A DNA stretch of 64,000 nucleotides from an uncultured bacterium (GTDB lineage Bacteria; Zixibacteria; MSB-5A5; GN15; FEB-12). Positions 46,583 to 55,684 of the stretch are shown in pieces. The DNA lies in NCBI GenBank assembly GCA_965603125.1, contig CBFDBU010000010.1, forward strand, positions 8,734 through 72,733. The letters run 5' to 3'. Under the pieces are notes generated by a model that was not told the origin of the DNA, ran no database searches, and was given only the letters and a program-made list of their open reading frames with translations. Made by a program: the position numbers and the translations under genes. Within the stretch, counting starts at the first letter, position 1. Each line of letters begins with the position of its first letter.

Positions 46583-49500
46583 CTATGGGCAACTGACGGG
46601 CGGCGGGTCGCCATTGAACATAAAGTCCACTAGGTAGACCAGGTCGTCGATAGCCAGCACACCGCCCCCGTCGCCGTTTACGTCCGATTCGTCAAAACAG
46701 ACCGGCGCCGGGCCCTGATTGAACATGTAGTCGACAAGGTAAACCAAATCCGCTATGTCAATCAACACGGCGTTATCGTAGTTGATATCGCCTCTTATCG
46801 GCGGGATACAGCACTCACCGATTCTTCGGTACAGACCGGCCGGTCCCGGCGCCTGCACGGGAGAATCGAAGCCGAACTTCAGATAAGCGAAATTGATTAT
46901 CTCAGCACCGGACATTAGGCCCTGATCGGGATTCACAGAATAAGTGATATAGCCTTCACCGTCCGGGGGCGACACGTTTGGCGGCAGGTAGATCTTATCG
47001 CAGTACCATGTAAGCTCGCCGGTCAGAACGTCGAATCCCACGAACCTGCAGGCTTCCGGATGACTCATCTCCCCGATGCTGAGGGAACTGGAACTCCAAT
47101 CAAGGTTGACATCGAGCGTGTCAACAATCTCAATAGATGAGATCGGTGCGGTAGCCTCTGCTGCATTCTCGAAAGCTATCGTATACGAGAGTCGCTGATC
47201 CGGCTCTATGGCATAGGCCAGATTAGTCCCGTTGGGAGAAGCCAACTTGTCGGCACTGTAGGCAGTTCGCGTGCCCGATTTAGAGGGGTTGGTCACGATC
47301 TGGGCGTGGCGAACGTAGTCGTTGCGGCTGTTGCCGTCCGCGGTAGTAGTCGATAGCCACATCTCCGTGACCAGCGTGTCAAAACCGGGCGTTACCTGGG
47401 ATGACAGCGTACCATAGGGTACGATGCGATTCCAGTCATTGGAAGGTTCAATCGTGCCCAGCGACATTACTATCGTATCACCCACAAAGCTGTACTGGCC
47501 TGGGTTTATGACGGCCCCGGAGGAATCTCTGATTCCCTCAAACGCCATCGCAGCCGGAAGGAGCACCTTCAGAGTGCAGTCCTCGGCGGGTAGATTGCCG
47601 GCGTTGTGGAATGAACACCAGTACCAGATATCATACCCGGGCCGGGAACCCCAGGCGTTGATATTGACCTCGGCGTACAGATCGGACCACAGAATGTTCC
47701 GCACCTGGATGAACTCAAGCTTCTTGTGGGGGTTCGATTCTTCCACGGCGTTGCGCACTGTAAGAGTGACTTCAAACCGTCCGGGATAGCCGTACTTGTG
47801 GGTCGGATTCTGGACGGAACTGTGCTGGCCGTCACCGAAGTCCCAGTCCCACCAATCGGGGGCGCCGGTTGTATCGGCGTAGAACTGGAACACCGTCGAC
47901 GTATCACCGGCCGTCGGGGTGGCCGTGAAGTCGGCAACCAGGTCGATCGGGTCAACAACCGTGAAGCAGTATGGTCCACCCCAATCCGGTACGTAGGTCT
48001 CGCTGCCCGTCGCCCAGATCCATTCGTTGCTGGGAGGATACCAGGTCGAATCCAGGCAGACTTCAGCGCCGCGGAACTTGGCATCAATAGGATCGAGGGT
48101 GATAGTGTATGCCACTATGTCAAGACCGTTAGGCACGCCGACACCCTGCAGGGCGTATCCTCCAAACCCGGTAGTGTCGCCACTCGCGCCGAAACTATTG
48201 ACAAACCGGCCGCCATCAAGGCTGGTGGAATCGTCGAAACCGCTTGTGCTGACTGCGCTGCTCACACTTATCGGAGTTCCGGTGGGCGAGTAGATGCGGA
48301 AACCGTTCGTCAGGCCGGGGATATCAGTACCCTTGGTGGCGATTACGTTCGAGACCCTGATGTGGAACGTGATCGGTTCACCCGCTCTTATGTAGCGGCT
48401 TGAATGATAGAGCCCGTCAACGTAGTCAAGGTATACGTTTCCGCCAGGCTGCGTAGAGCGGCTGGTCTGCTTTCCGCCGATGGGAGGGGGAGGGGGGGGA
48501 CCGCCTTGAAACAGGTAGCCCACCAGGTACGTCAGGTCTCCCACATCCACACCAGGCACTCCATCCATGTCCGCTGCTTCCATTATCGGCGGCGGCGGCC
48601 CACTCCCGAACAGGTATGCAACCAGGTAGGTGATATCGCCGACGTTAACACGGCTGTCGTCGTTGACATCACCGCAGACGTAGACCGGTTCCGGCCTGAT
48701 ATGGTCGTCGTACCACTGATGGCAGGCCTCAGCATCGGCGATAAAGGCTGCATAGTTGACGTTGCTGGTGATCATGCACTTGTAGACCTCTAACGTGTCA
48801 TCCGGGCCAAGGGTGTAATCCCAGCGGAATGTCATCACCGCGTGCAGATCGGCATCAACCGAATCCGAGAGCACATAACCTTCGTTGTTGGCCATGTACA
48901 TGTATATCGAATCCGGAACGAACGCGCCCGCGGGATAGACCTGGGTCGAGTTGTCCATTGTGTAGCAGCCGTACTGCTCACCCGCCGGTTCACCGTTCTC
49001 TAAGATTTGCAGCAGCTCGATGCCGCCGTAACGATCACTGTTGTTCATGCACTCGTAAGCATCATCCTGGTCCCACTCCGAACCCTGCTGATAAATCAGG
49101 CGGAGGCCGGGATCGAAACCGCAGCGGTTACGAGCCGCCGAGTCGGAGGGAATATCCCAATCGATCGCCTCACCAATGGCCAGACCCTCGTGCGTCTCGC
49201 CATCCTGGGCGTAGACCTTCATGTACTGAATCAGGAAGTGACAACTGTCAACCGCCGCGCGCGGCGCAATCCAGTTATTCTCAAACATGATACCAGAGTC
49301 ACGCGTCACGAACGAAGACTGGAACACCTCGTAGTCGCCCATGTCGGTCGGCGGCGTGTGGCTCCATGGGAAGAAACCATTATCAGAGAGGTAACCGTCG
49401 CCGAAGATCGACCAGTTGCAGCGGACCGTGTCGGTCGCATCCATCCAGCAGATCACCGGTGAGGCGTCATTGACATAGATCGTGGCGTTACCCGGAATGG

Positions 49501-51880
49501 TGTCACCCGGACTGCCTTCCTCGGCGTCGTCACAGTCACCATAGTCGAAGTAATCCATGTTGACCTGCCCGATGCCCTGTTGACCCCAGTTGCCGTTGTT
49601 GCCAACAGTCAGAGCCATGCATGCGTCTTCGTCACCGGCATAAATGGTATCCCAGACCGGCGTTATAACCGTGTCCACAACCCGGTGCTCGATCTCAATG
49701 GTGTCGGGACCGGTTACATGGTTACCGCCTATGATCAGACGACCGGAAAGAATAGTCACCATGCCCGGGTCGCCACCAACCGTACCCAGGGCATTAATGT
49801 ACACCTGACCGGTCATAATACCGGCAAGACCAGACGGAAGGACGACGGTACCCTGCAAGTTGCCCGAAACATCCAGCCAGCCGGCAGGCCCTTCATCTTC
49901 TTCAGGTGTCACCGTGAAGGTAGCAGCCGAGTTACCCGTGTTCTCCAGCACCAGATCGGTGTCATGGATCACGTATTGATGGGACCAGGAGGGGAAACCA
50001 ATTGAGGTCCACGACGGCGCCAGCAGAGGCGTCGCCTCCGGGTCCACACAGACCAACTGGAATGATTGCACGTTAGCATTCTGCCAAGAGCCCTCATTCT
50101 GGACAATAGCACCCGCATCCGGGTCACTGATGTACTGCACGCTCATATACCAACCGTTGTCTACGGCAAGATCCCCCGCAGGGAGCAATATCTCAGCTCC
50201 CGTCATGTCGTCGCCGACAATGTTGGTGCCAAAGCGCGCCATCGACGGCCAGTGATCCGACTCACAGCGACCACCCGTGCCGCTGGCGGAGTCACAACCC
50301 GGCGTATGCGAGTTGGTCAGGTTACGAGGCAGATCCCAGGTCAGACCACCATCGTCCGAAACAGCCAGGTACAGTTCGCCGTTGGCCGAACCTACCACGT
50401 CCCCAGTCTGAGCACGGGCAGCACAGTCGTCCATCATGATATTGGGATCGTTGAACTGAACCCACAGGTAATACAGCCTGCCGTTGCACTCGGAAATGGT
50501 CATCTTGGAACCATTCATCTGCCAGGCGCCACCGTTACAGGTCGTTTGGTTCCAGTCCAGGTTCCCGGCGGTACGAATGATGGCGTTGTCAGTCTGCGGG
50601 TCAGGCCCGTCGAAACCTCCAGTCCCCAGGTTCTCACCCCAGTGGAACATACGGCAGTTCAGACCGATGTAACCGCCACTACCGGCGTCAGCCGGCCAGA
50701 TACGGCCGCTCCAGCCAATATGCAGAGCGTTAACACCGTTGGCCGCATCCTGCGTGATCAGGGCCGACAGGTCGGTGTAAGGACGGAAACCAGCCTCACC
50801 GTCAACGTTCTTGGTCACGTTAACACGAGGATTGAAGTCAGCGCCGTAGTTGTCCGAAATCTGGTAGTAGATATCATTGTCCAGCTGGACAAAGGGCGAG
50901 GTACCGGAACAGGTGTCGCAGTCACCGTCATTGGGCAGGTTGCCCGTCCAGACCAGGGCCATCTTGCCGTCGGTCATGGAGCAGGCCACATCCTGCGAGA
51001 GATCATAAATGGTGTCGATCACGTAAGGCGGATAATCCCAGGCGCCATCCATTCCAATTCCCACCTTGCGGAAATAGTAGATCACCAGTTGGTCACCTGC
51101 GCCTGGTGAGGAGGATTGCGCAATCACGTGTGTTACCGGCTCGTGCCCGGCCACGTCATGATAACGCATGGCCGGCCAGGACGCCGAATTCCCCGTCATG
51201 GCGGGATAGGACTGCACACTGTCAGGCACACGGGAAGTTAGACCGAAATAGGCGCACATCGGACAGTAATCGTAGTACACCTGGCTAGCGCAGCCGCTCC
51301 CCTGGTTGTTGTGGCAGATTATGACGGCTTGGTTTGCGGCCTGAAGAATGGTTTCACCCTCAGTCCGCAGCATCTGGGTCACATCAAGACCGCCGCCTGC
51401 GGCATATTCACTCGGAGACTGAACGGACACCCCCAGGCCAGGATAAAGTTGCGTGCCGGTCTGACCCATGTAGCAGTTGTAGTAGATATGATAATCTTCC
51501 AGAACCGGACCCGGCAACTGCATATAGCAGTAATGAATCGCGAAGCCATAATCCATACCGTCACCCAAGTCAGGACCCCAACCCCAGTCGACCATGCGGC
51601 CCATCGAGCCGTTACGCTGTTGGTCGTACCAGGTCTCACCGACCTTGACTCCGGGAGATGCCGTGGCGACCCCGGCACCGCCTAAAGACATAGCCGGTGC
51701 GCTTCTGTCTGGGGCGGCTGTCGACCTGGTTTCATCCGGAAACACGTATTGCATCGCCCGCGCTACATGGGGATTGGCAATGTCGCTCTCCTGCGGGGAG
51801 TCTTTCCCCGAAACCGGAGCAACCAGCATGACAACGGCAAATGCGGTAATCATCGTCCGTGAAAAAACTCCTCCTGTCAT
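46583..51880 (-). CDS. giant secreted multidomain protein: N-terminal BNR/Asp-box-containing region, internal dockerin-like module, PKD domain, C-terminal dockerin-like module
   Basis: 1765 aa with signal peptide MITAFAVVMLVAPVSG. An Asp-box reads LAVSDDGGLTWD. The internal dockerin CGDVNDDSRVNVGDITYLVAYLFGSGPPPP..ADMDGVPGVDVGDLTYLVGYLFQGGPPPPPP starts at aa 1069. The PKD domain reads FTATPTAGDTSTVFQFYADTTGAPDWWDWDFGDGQHSSVQNPTHKYGYPGRFEVTLTVRN. The C-terminus reads RGDINYDNAVLIDIADLVYLVDYMFNQGPAP..SDVNGDGGGVLAIDDLVYLVDFMFNGDPPP. GGAGGAGG lies before the ATG. Confidence 0.8.
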   Translation of the reverse strand: MTGGVFSRTMITAFAVVMLVAPVSGKDSPQESDIANPHVARAMQYVFPDETRSTAAPDRSAPAMSLGGAGVATASPGVKVGETWYDQQRNGSMGRMVDWGWGPDLGDGMDYGFAIHYCYMQLPGPVLEDYHIYYNCYMGQTGTQLYPGLGVSVQSPSEYAAGGGLDVTQMLRTEGETILQAANQAVIICHNNQGSGCASQVYYDYCPMCAYFGLTSRVPDSVQSYPAMTGNSASWPAMRYHDVAGHEPVTHVIAQSSSPGAGDQLVIYYFRKVGIGMDGAWDYPPYVIDTIYDLSQDVACSMTDGKMALVWTGNLPNDGDCDTCSGTSPFVQLDNDIYYQISDNYGADFNPRVNVTKNVDGEAGFRPYTDLSALITQDAANGVNALHIGWSGRIWPADAGSGGYIGLNCRMFHWGENLGTGGFDGPDPQTDNAIIRTAGNLDWNQTTCNGGAWQMNGSKMTISECNGRLYYLWVQFNDPNIMMDDCAARAQTGDVVGSANGELYLAVSDDGGLTWDLPRNLTNSHTPGCDSASGTGGRCESDHWPSMARFGTNIVGDDMTGAEILLPAGDLAVDNGWYMSVQYISDPDAGAIVQNEGSWQNANVQSFQLVCVDPEATPLLAPSWTSIGFPSWSHQYVIHDTDLVLENTGNSAATFTVTPEEDEGPAGWLDVSGNLQGTVVLPSGLAGIMTGQVYINALGTVGGDPGMVTILSGRLIIGGNHVTGPDTIEIEHRVVDTVITPVWDTIYAGDEDACMALTVGNNGNWGQQGIGQVNMDYFDYGDCDDAEEGSPGDTIPGNATIYVNDASPVICWMDATDTVRCNWSIFGDGYLSDNGFFPWSHTPPTDMGDYEVFQSSFVTRDSGIMFENNWIAPRAAVDSCHFLIQYMKVYAQDGETHEGLAIGEAIDWDIPSDSAARNRCGFDPGLRLIYQQGSEWDQDDAYECMNNSDRYGGIELLQILENGEPAGEQYGCYTMDNSTQVYPAGAFVPDSIYMYMANNEGYVLSDSVDADLHAVMTFRWDYTLGPDDTLEVYKCMITSNVNYAAFIADAEACHQWYDDHIRPEPVYVCGDVNDDSRVNVGDITYLVAYLFGSGPPPPIMEAADMDGVPGVDVGDLTYLVGYLFQGGPPPPPPIGGKQTSRSTQPGGNVYLDYVDGLYHSSRYIRAGEPITFHIRVSNVIATKGTDIPGLTNGFRIYSPTGTPISVSSAVSTSGFDDSTSLDGGRFVNSFGASGDTTGFGGYALQGVGVPNGLDIVAYTITLDPIDAKFRGAEVCLDSTWYPPSNEWIWATGSETYVPDWGGPYCFTVVDPIDLVADFTATPTAGDTSTVFQFYADTTGAPDWWDWDFGDGQHSSVQNPTHKYGYPGRFEVTLTVRNAVEESNPHKKLEFIQVRNILWSDLYAEVNINAWGSRPGYDIWYWCSFHNAGNLPAEDCTLKVLLPAAMAFEGIRDSSGAVINPGQYSFVGDTIVMSLGTIEPSNDWNRIVPYGTLSSQVTPGFDTLVTEMWLSTTTADGNSRNDYVRHAQIVTNPSKSGTRTAYSADKLASPNGTNLAYAIEPDQRLSYTIAFENAAEATAPISSIEIVDTLDVNLDWSSSSLSIGEMSHPEACRFVGFDVLTGELTWYCDKIYLPPNVSPPDGEGYITYSVNPDQGLMSGAEIINFAYLKFGFDSPVQAPGPAGLYRRIGECCIPPIRGDINYDNAVLIDIADLVYLVDYMFNQGPAPVCFDESDVNGDGGGVLAIDDLVYLVDFMFNGDPPPVSCP
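48482..48676 (-). other. internal twin dockerin-like module plus poly-Pro linker inside the 1765-aa protein
   Basis: It spans aa 1069-1133. The Cys codon lies at 48674-48676 and the P6 run is encoded by 48482-48499 (the coding strand contains a C8 tract). Confidence 0.7.
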
Positions 51881-52728
51881 CTTAACCTCCTCCAGGAAAA
51901 AGACGTATCTCGATCAGATTTGAGTATTGGCCTATACATGGCCGTTGCGTCTACATTTACTCCGGCCTCAAGCCGGAACCGGGATTATTCCCTGCATACT
52001 ATAATTAGAGTTAGCTATTTCTCTGGCCCTGACTCCTGTATCGATCCGTAACGCGGGACCGTGGGGATGCTGCAACCCCTGGTAAGTTAGAGGAGTCGCC
52101 CGCGACACCCCATTAACCGTATCCGACATTTTAAATATATGGAGCCCATCCGCTTCTGTCAAGTGGAAAGAGCCGCGTCTGAGGCCTGCGGACCTCGTTC
52201 ACCTATAGTGGAGAAGGGAATCCCGACGTTCGGATATCACGCGGCCGCTTCCGCGAAACGCCCTTAGTAGCTTGTTGAAAAAGCACTTTTTGACATATAT
52301 GGAGTCAGTCGGATTCGTCATAAGCGTGCCATCAGGCATTCTGAGGCCGTCCGAAGAGATCAATTTTGTTGAATTATGAGTTATGGGGTAGGACTGTGGG
52401 TATAGATATGCGAGTGACATAGGAGTTGTTGATATAATCCTGCAACCGGAAGACCCACGTCAGATCTGTTTTATCTCCCTGGCCGAGTTAGCGGCTGAGG
52501 AGCCATTAGTGTTGACGTTTGGCCGGGTAGTGGATGGTCTTGATTTGGGGTTACGGTATGGTCGTTACAGCGAGGCTGGTCGTTCGTTTTGCGATCAGGC
52601 GACGAAGCTGCGGGCGTCAGCGTCGGGCAAAGGCACCATATCGAAGAAGAAGGAGGATCAGTTGCCAGGCAGTTCAGAGCCGAGTTGGAGCGTGAGGTGG
52701 CTGGTGAGGCTGATGACTTGGGTGATGA

Positions 52729-52998
52729 TTCCGACGAGATATCTCCACCGACAGCTACCGTTGTCCGGGTGGTAAGCAGTTGTCTTATAGTCACACCAGA
52801 AGCAGGTCTGGTATCACCAGACGAGTGTATTGTGGTAGTGTTTCGATTTGTGGATCGTGTCAGTTGCGCTCACGCTGTACGAAGAAGCGCTGTCGGGAGT
52901 TGAACATATCCGAAGTGTACCATTTAGAGCGTCGGATGCGACAGAAGATGTCGTCGGCGCCGGGCCGTGCGAAGTACGATCAATGTAAAAGTGTGATG
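52729..52998 (+). pseudogene. remnant of an IS1182/IS5-like transposase (central Cys-rich region only)
   Basis: The frame after tandem TGA TGA (52723-52728) reads FRRDISTDSYRCPGGKQLSYSHTRSRSGITRRVYCGSVSICGSCQLRSRCTKKRCRELNISEVYHLERRMRQKMSSAPGRAKYDQCKSVM. This fits the family pattern D.Y.CP.G..L...(n)...C..C.LR..CT....R and MR.....G...Y. Sequence upstream is out of frame, and downstream the remnant is cut by the IS481-like element. Confidence 0.4.
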
Positions 52999-53000
52999 AC

Positions 53001-53702
53001 CTATGCCTCGGTTGACAGAGTTTCCTGGCATTTAATTGTTTTCCGCAACACCTCGTACGGTGATTTCCCTTTCAGAGCCCCGTGGGGTCGGTGGTGATTG
53101 TAGTAGCGCTCCCTCTGGTCGAGTTTGGCGTTAAGATCGACATCGCCCCCATACGATAGTAGTTGATAGAATTCAACTTCATCAGTGCCAGGTGAACGTT
53201 CTACCTTGCCATTTAGCCTCGGCGTTCGAGGTTTGATGTAAACATGCCGGATGCCCAAGTCGGCCAGGTGCCAGTGGAACTTGGCCTGAAACTCGTGGCC
53301 GTTATCCGTACGCACAGTATGTATCCGAAAGGGGAACTTGACAATCACATAGTTCATGAACTTGATGGCGTTCTCCTGAGTGTGGCGCCGGTAAACCTTG
53401 AGGGCGCGAACCTGAGTGGCATCGTCAATGGCAGTATATTGAAAGCGGCGAATCTTTCTGCCGGCCATGTCGCGGAATCGCAGAAACTTCACGTCGACTT
53501 GGATATGATGCCCCGGGACCTGCTTCTCGTACCGGTGAGTTTGCACCGTGCGTCTCTTGGCGTTTCTGAGCAGGCGGTTCATACCGTTACGCTTGAGAAC
53601 TCCATAAACCCCGCCTGTGGAAACCTTGATCCCGTGATAGCGCTCCAGAAACCAAGAAATGCGCAACTGGCCAAGATGATAGGTTTTGCGCAGGTGACAA
53701 TA
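53001..53702 (-). pseudogene. 5'-truncated IS481-family (rve/DDE integrase) transposase
   Basis: The ORF 53001..53666 has no ATG start (a TTG codon). The frame stays open upstream (YCHLRKTYHLGQ-LRISWFLERYHGIKVSTGGVYGVLKRNGMNRL) until it runs into tRNA-Gln. The core is present (HIQVDVKFL, YTAIDDATQ, VRTDNGHEF, PRTPRLNGKVER, YYNHHRPHGAL), but the N-terminal HTH (roughly 80-100 aa in full-length relatives) is missing. Confidence 0.7.
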
Positions 53703-53704
53703 AG

Positions 53705-53775
53705 CTGGGAGACAGGGATTCGAACCCCGATTCCACGGTCCAGAGCCGTGTGCCCTACCATTGGACTATCTCCCA
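53705..53775 (-). tRNA. tRNA-Gln (anticodon CTG)
   Basis: The reverse complement is TGGGAGATAGTCCAATGGTAGGGCACACGGCTCTGGACCGTGGAATCGGGGTTCGAATCCCTGTCTCCCAG. The acceptor stem is TGGGAGA/TCTCCCA. The anticodon stem is CACGG/CCGTG with loop CTCTGGA, and the T-loop is TTCGAAT. It is 71 nt. Confidence 0.85.
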
Positions 53776-53948
53776 GTACAGTATCTATGTCGGCAGCCGC
53801 CGGGCACGCTGAACCGTGCTGATCAGCTACCAACCAAATATAGGAAAGCGCAACCGCTTGTCAAGACCCTATCGCGATCGCATATACACGCCGCGGGCAA
53901 GAAACCGCCCCCATCGAAACAGGCGGGGTTGAAGCGGGCGGCGGCGCT

Positions 53949-54599
53949 CTACCCACTGAACCGCCGCACGATGAGCGCCTTACCCTTGATACGGAAAACA
54001 GCCCGGGGTTTCGATATGCGGTTGCGCAAACCACGACTGTCACCGCGTCTGATCATGACATCCCCGGCGGTGTATTCCGTTCCCCGGCATGACAGACGGA
54101 TCGTGCTCGAAACCGGTATCACCGATACCGTGTCGCCGACACAATCCACAAACGTCCTAGCGCCGTCGTCCACCAGTATCGCCTCCCAGCGAACGGCCGC
54201 CAGCCTGACCCTGAGCAGCGGGCGTCTCTTGCGAAATCGGGGTGCCACATCAAGGAGCATCAGGTTGCCCAAAAAGTGGTCAATCTCCCCCACGCCGGGA
54301 GATACTATATCGACCACTCGAGCTCCGGCTTCGAGGCAATGCTCCAGCGCCAACTGGGCGTCGGTCTTGTCCTTGCGGTTTGGGAACGTCACCACCCTCG
54401 TGCGCGGCGAGAGATCAGCAGGGAACTTCCCCAGCGAATCCATATCGCCGATAAGCAGGTCGGGCACAAGACCGGCCTTCCTGAAGAACCGATACCCGCC
54501 GTCGACTGCCACGAGATATTTCCCCCGGCACAGACGCCGGTAGAAATCAACGTGGCGGCGGTAGTAGGAACCGTGAAGAAAGAGTGTGCAATCCTTCAT
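53949..54599 (-). CDS. thiN: thiamine pyrophosphokinase
   Basis: 216 aa with VAVDGGYRFFRKAGLVPDLLIGDMDSL, KDKTDAQLALEH and GEIDHFLGN motifs. Confidence 0.7.
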   Translation of the reverse strand: MKDCTLFLHGSYYRRHVDFYRRLCRGKYLVAVDGGYRFFRKAGLVPDLLIGDMDSLGKFPADLSPRTRVVTFPNRKDKTDAQLALEHCLEAGARVVDIVSPGVGEIDHFLGNLMLLDVAPRFRKRRPLLRVRLAAVRWEAILVDDGARTFVDCVGDTVSVIPVSSTIRLSCRGTEYTAGDVMIRRGDSRGLRNRISKPRAVFRIKGKALIVRRFSG

Positions 54600-54604
54600 G
54601 TGTA

Positions 54605-55594
54605 TCAGGAAGCCAGCAGCATGGCAGCCGCGCCCAACAGCGCCGTCTTATCGTCGAGGATCACTCCGACCGGGATATCGGCCAGCAGCGCTTCCATTTT
54701 GCCCTTCTTGACGAAGCGGCGCAAGAAACGCCCGTGATCCATGGCCGTAATAATGTGAGGCGCAATCACACCGCCGAGATAGACGCCGCCCAGAGTCATG
54801 CCTTTCAAAGCCAGACCGGCCACTTCGGAGGCGTAACACCCGACAAACAGATCGAGCGCATTCACTGCGCCCGGGTCCCTGCCGGAGAGCGCATGCTCTA
54901 TGATCGCCGAGGCTTTGTCCCGGGCTTTCTTGAACCAGTCCGGCATGACGGCCCGTCCGCGCTCGAGCATGAACAGGTAGATCGATACCATGCCCGAAAG
55001 GCTGATCACGTCCTCGACCTCGACATAGCCGTGCTGCGCGTAAAGGTATTCCCACAGTTCCACTTCGTCCTGACTGCCCGGCGCGAAACCGGCGTGCCCC
55101 CCCTCCGAAGCATACGGGATATACCTGTCGCCACCGTACAGGATCAGCGCCTCACCAAGCCCGGCTCCGGCCGCCAGCAGGCCGATATTCCCCTGGCGAG
55201 CCTGGATGCCCTCGTTGATGGTGTAAAACCTGTCCTTTTTCAGGACAAACAGCCCGTTAGCAGTGGCGACCAGATCGTTGACCAGCCGCACACGTTCAAA
55301 CGAGAACTTCCTCTGAAGCGACGAGCCGCTCAGATACCAGGGAAGGTTGGTGGTTCTCACTTCGTCATTGATCACCGGTCCCGCCACACCGAGGCACAAC
55401 GCCTCACCATCGCCGGGGTACTGCTTGAGATAGCGGCTGAGAATACCCTCAAAATCCGAGAAGTCCCTGTTGTTGAAGGCGGATCGGTCGTAGAGATATA
55501 CTTCGCCCTTGCGCTCTCTGACCCGGGCCAGGTCTACTGTCGTCCCGGAAACATATCCTGCTAACATGGTTCTGCTCCGTTCGGTCTCAGCCAT
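54605..55594 (-). CDS. glk: glucokinase (Glk family)
   Basis: 329 aa with LGVAGPVINDEVRTTNLPW, the ASEGGHAGFAP sugar-binding motif, and a C-terminal GGVYLGGVIAP. The start is possibly MLAGYVSG at 55567. Confidence 0.8.
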   Translation of the reverse strand: MAETERSRTMLAGYVSGTTVDLARVRERKGEVYLYDRSAFNNRDFSDFEGILSRYLKQYPGDGEALCLGVAGPVINDEVRTTNLPWYLSGSSLQRKFSFERVRLVNDLVATANGLFVLKKDRFYTINEGIQARQGNIGLLAAGAGLGEALILYGGDRYIPYASEGGHAGFAPGSQDEVELWEYLYAQHGYVEVEDVISLSGMVSIYLFMLERGRAVMPDWFKKARDKASAIIEHALSGRDPGAVNALDLFVGCYASEVAGLALKGMTLGGVYLGGVIAPHIITAMDHGRFLRRFVKKGKMEALLADIPVGVILDDKTALLGAAAMLLAS

Positions 55595-55684
55595 CCAGTG
55601 TACCCGCGTGTCTGGTCGGTTCCGTTTCGATTGCCAAGCGGGTTCCGAGATGTCTCACAGTCGGCGCGAAGTCGTCGGCAGCAG

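Noticed and set aside
52322-52336. A perfect sigma54 -24 heptamer TGGCACG on the minus strand, ~450 nt upstream of the 1765-aa gene. It is attractive because a sigma54 activator is encoded in the locus.
   Set aside because: The -12 position reads TGACG with no GC at the required GG-N10-GC spacing. One TGGCAC in ~600 nt on two strands is close to chance expectation. I also found no convincing -24/-12 pair by eye in 46422-46582 or 39115-39353. A PWM scan is needed before making any claim.
52125-52340. An apparent direct repeat: ATATATGGAG, then ~33-35 nt, then TCTGAGGCC, occurring twice ~160 nt apart.
   Set aside because: Only the two short anchors match. The intervening sequence is unrelated, so this is probably coincidence.
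54584-55564. A 326-aa plus-strand ORF.
   Set aside because: It is antisense to glucokinase, whose motifs are unambiguous, and it has no motif of its own.
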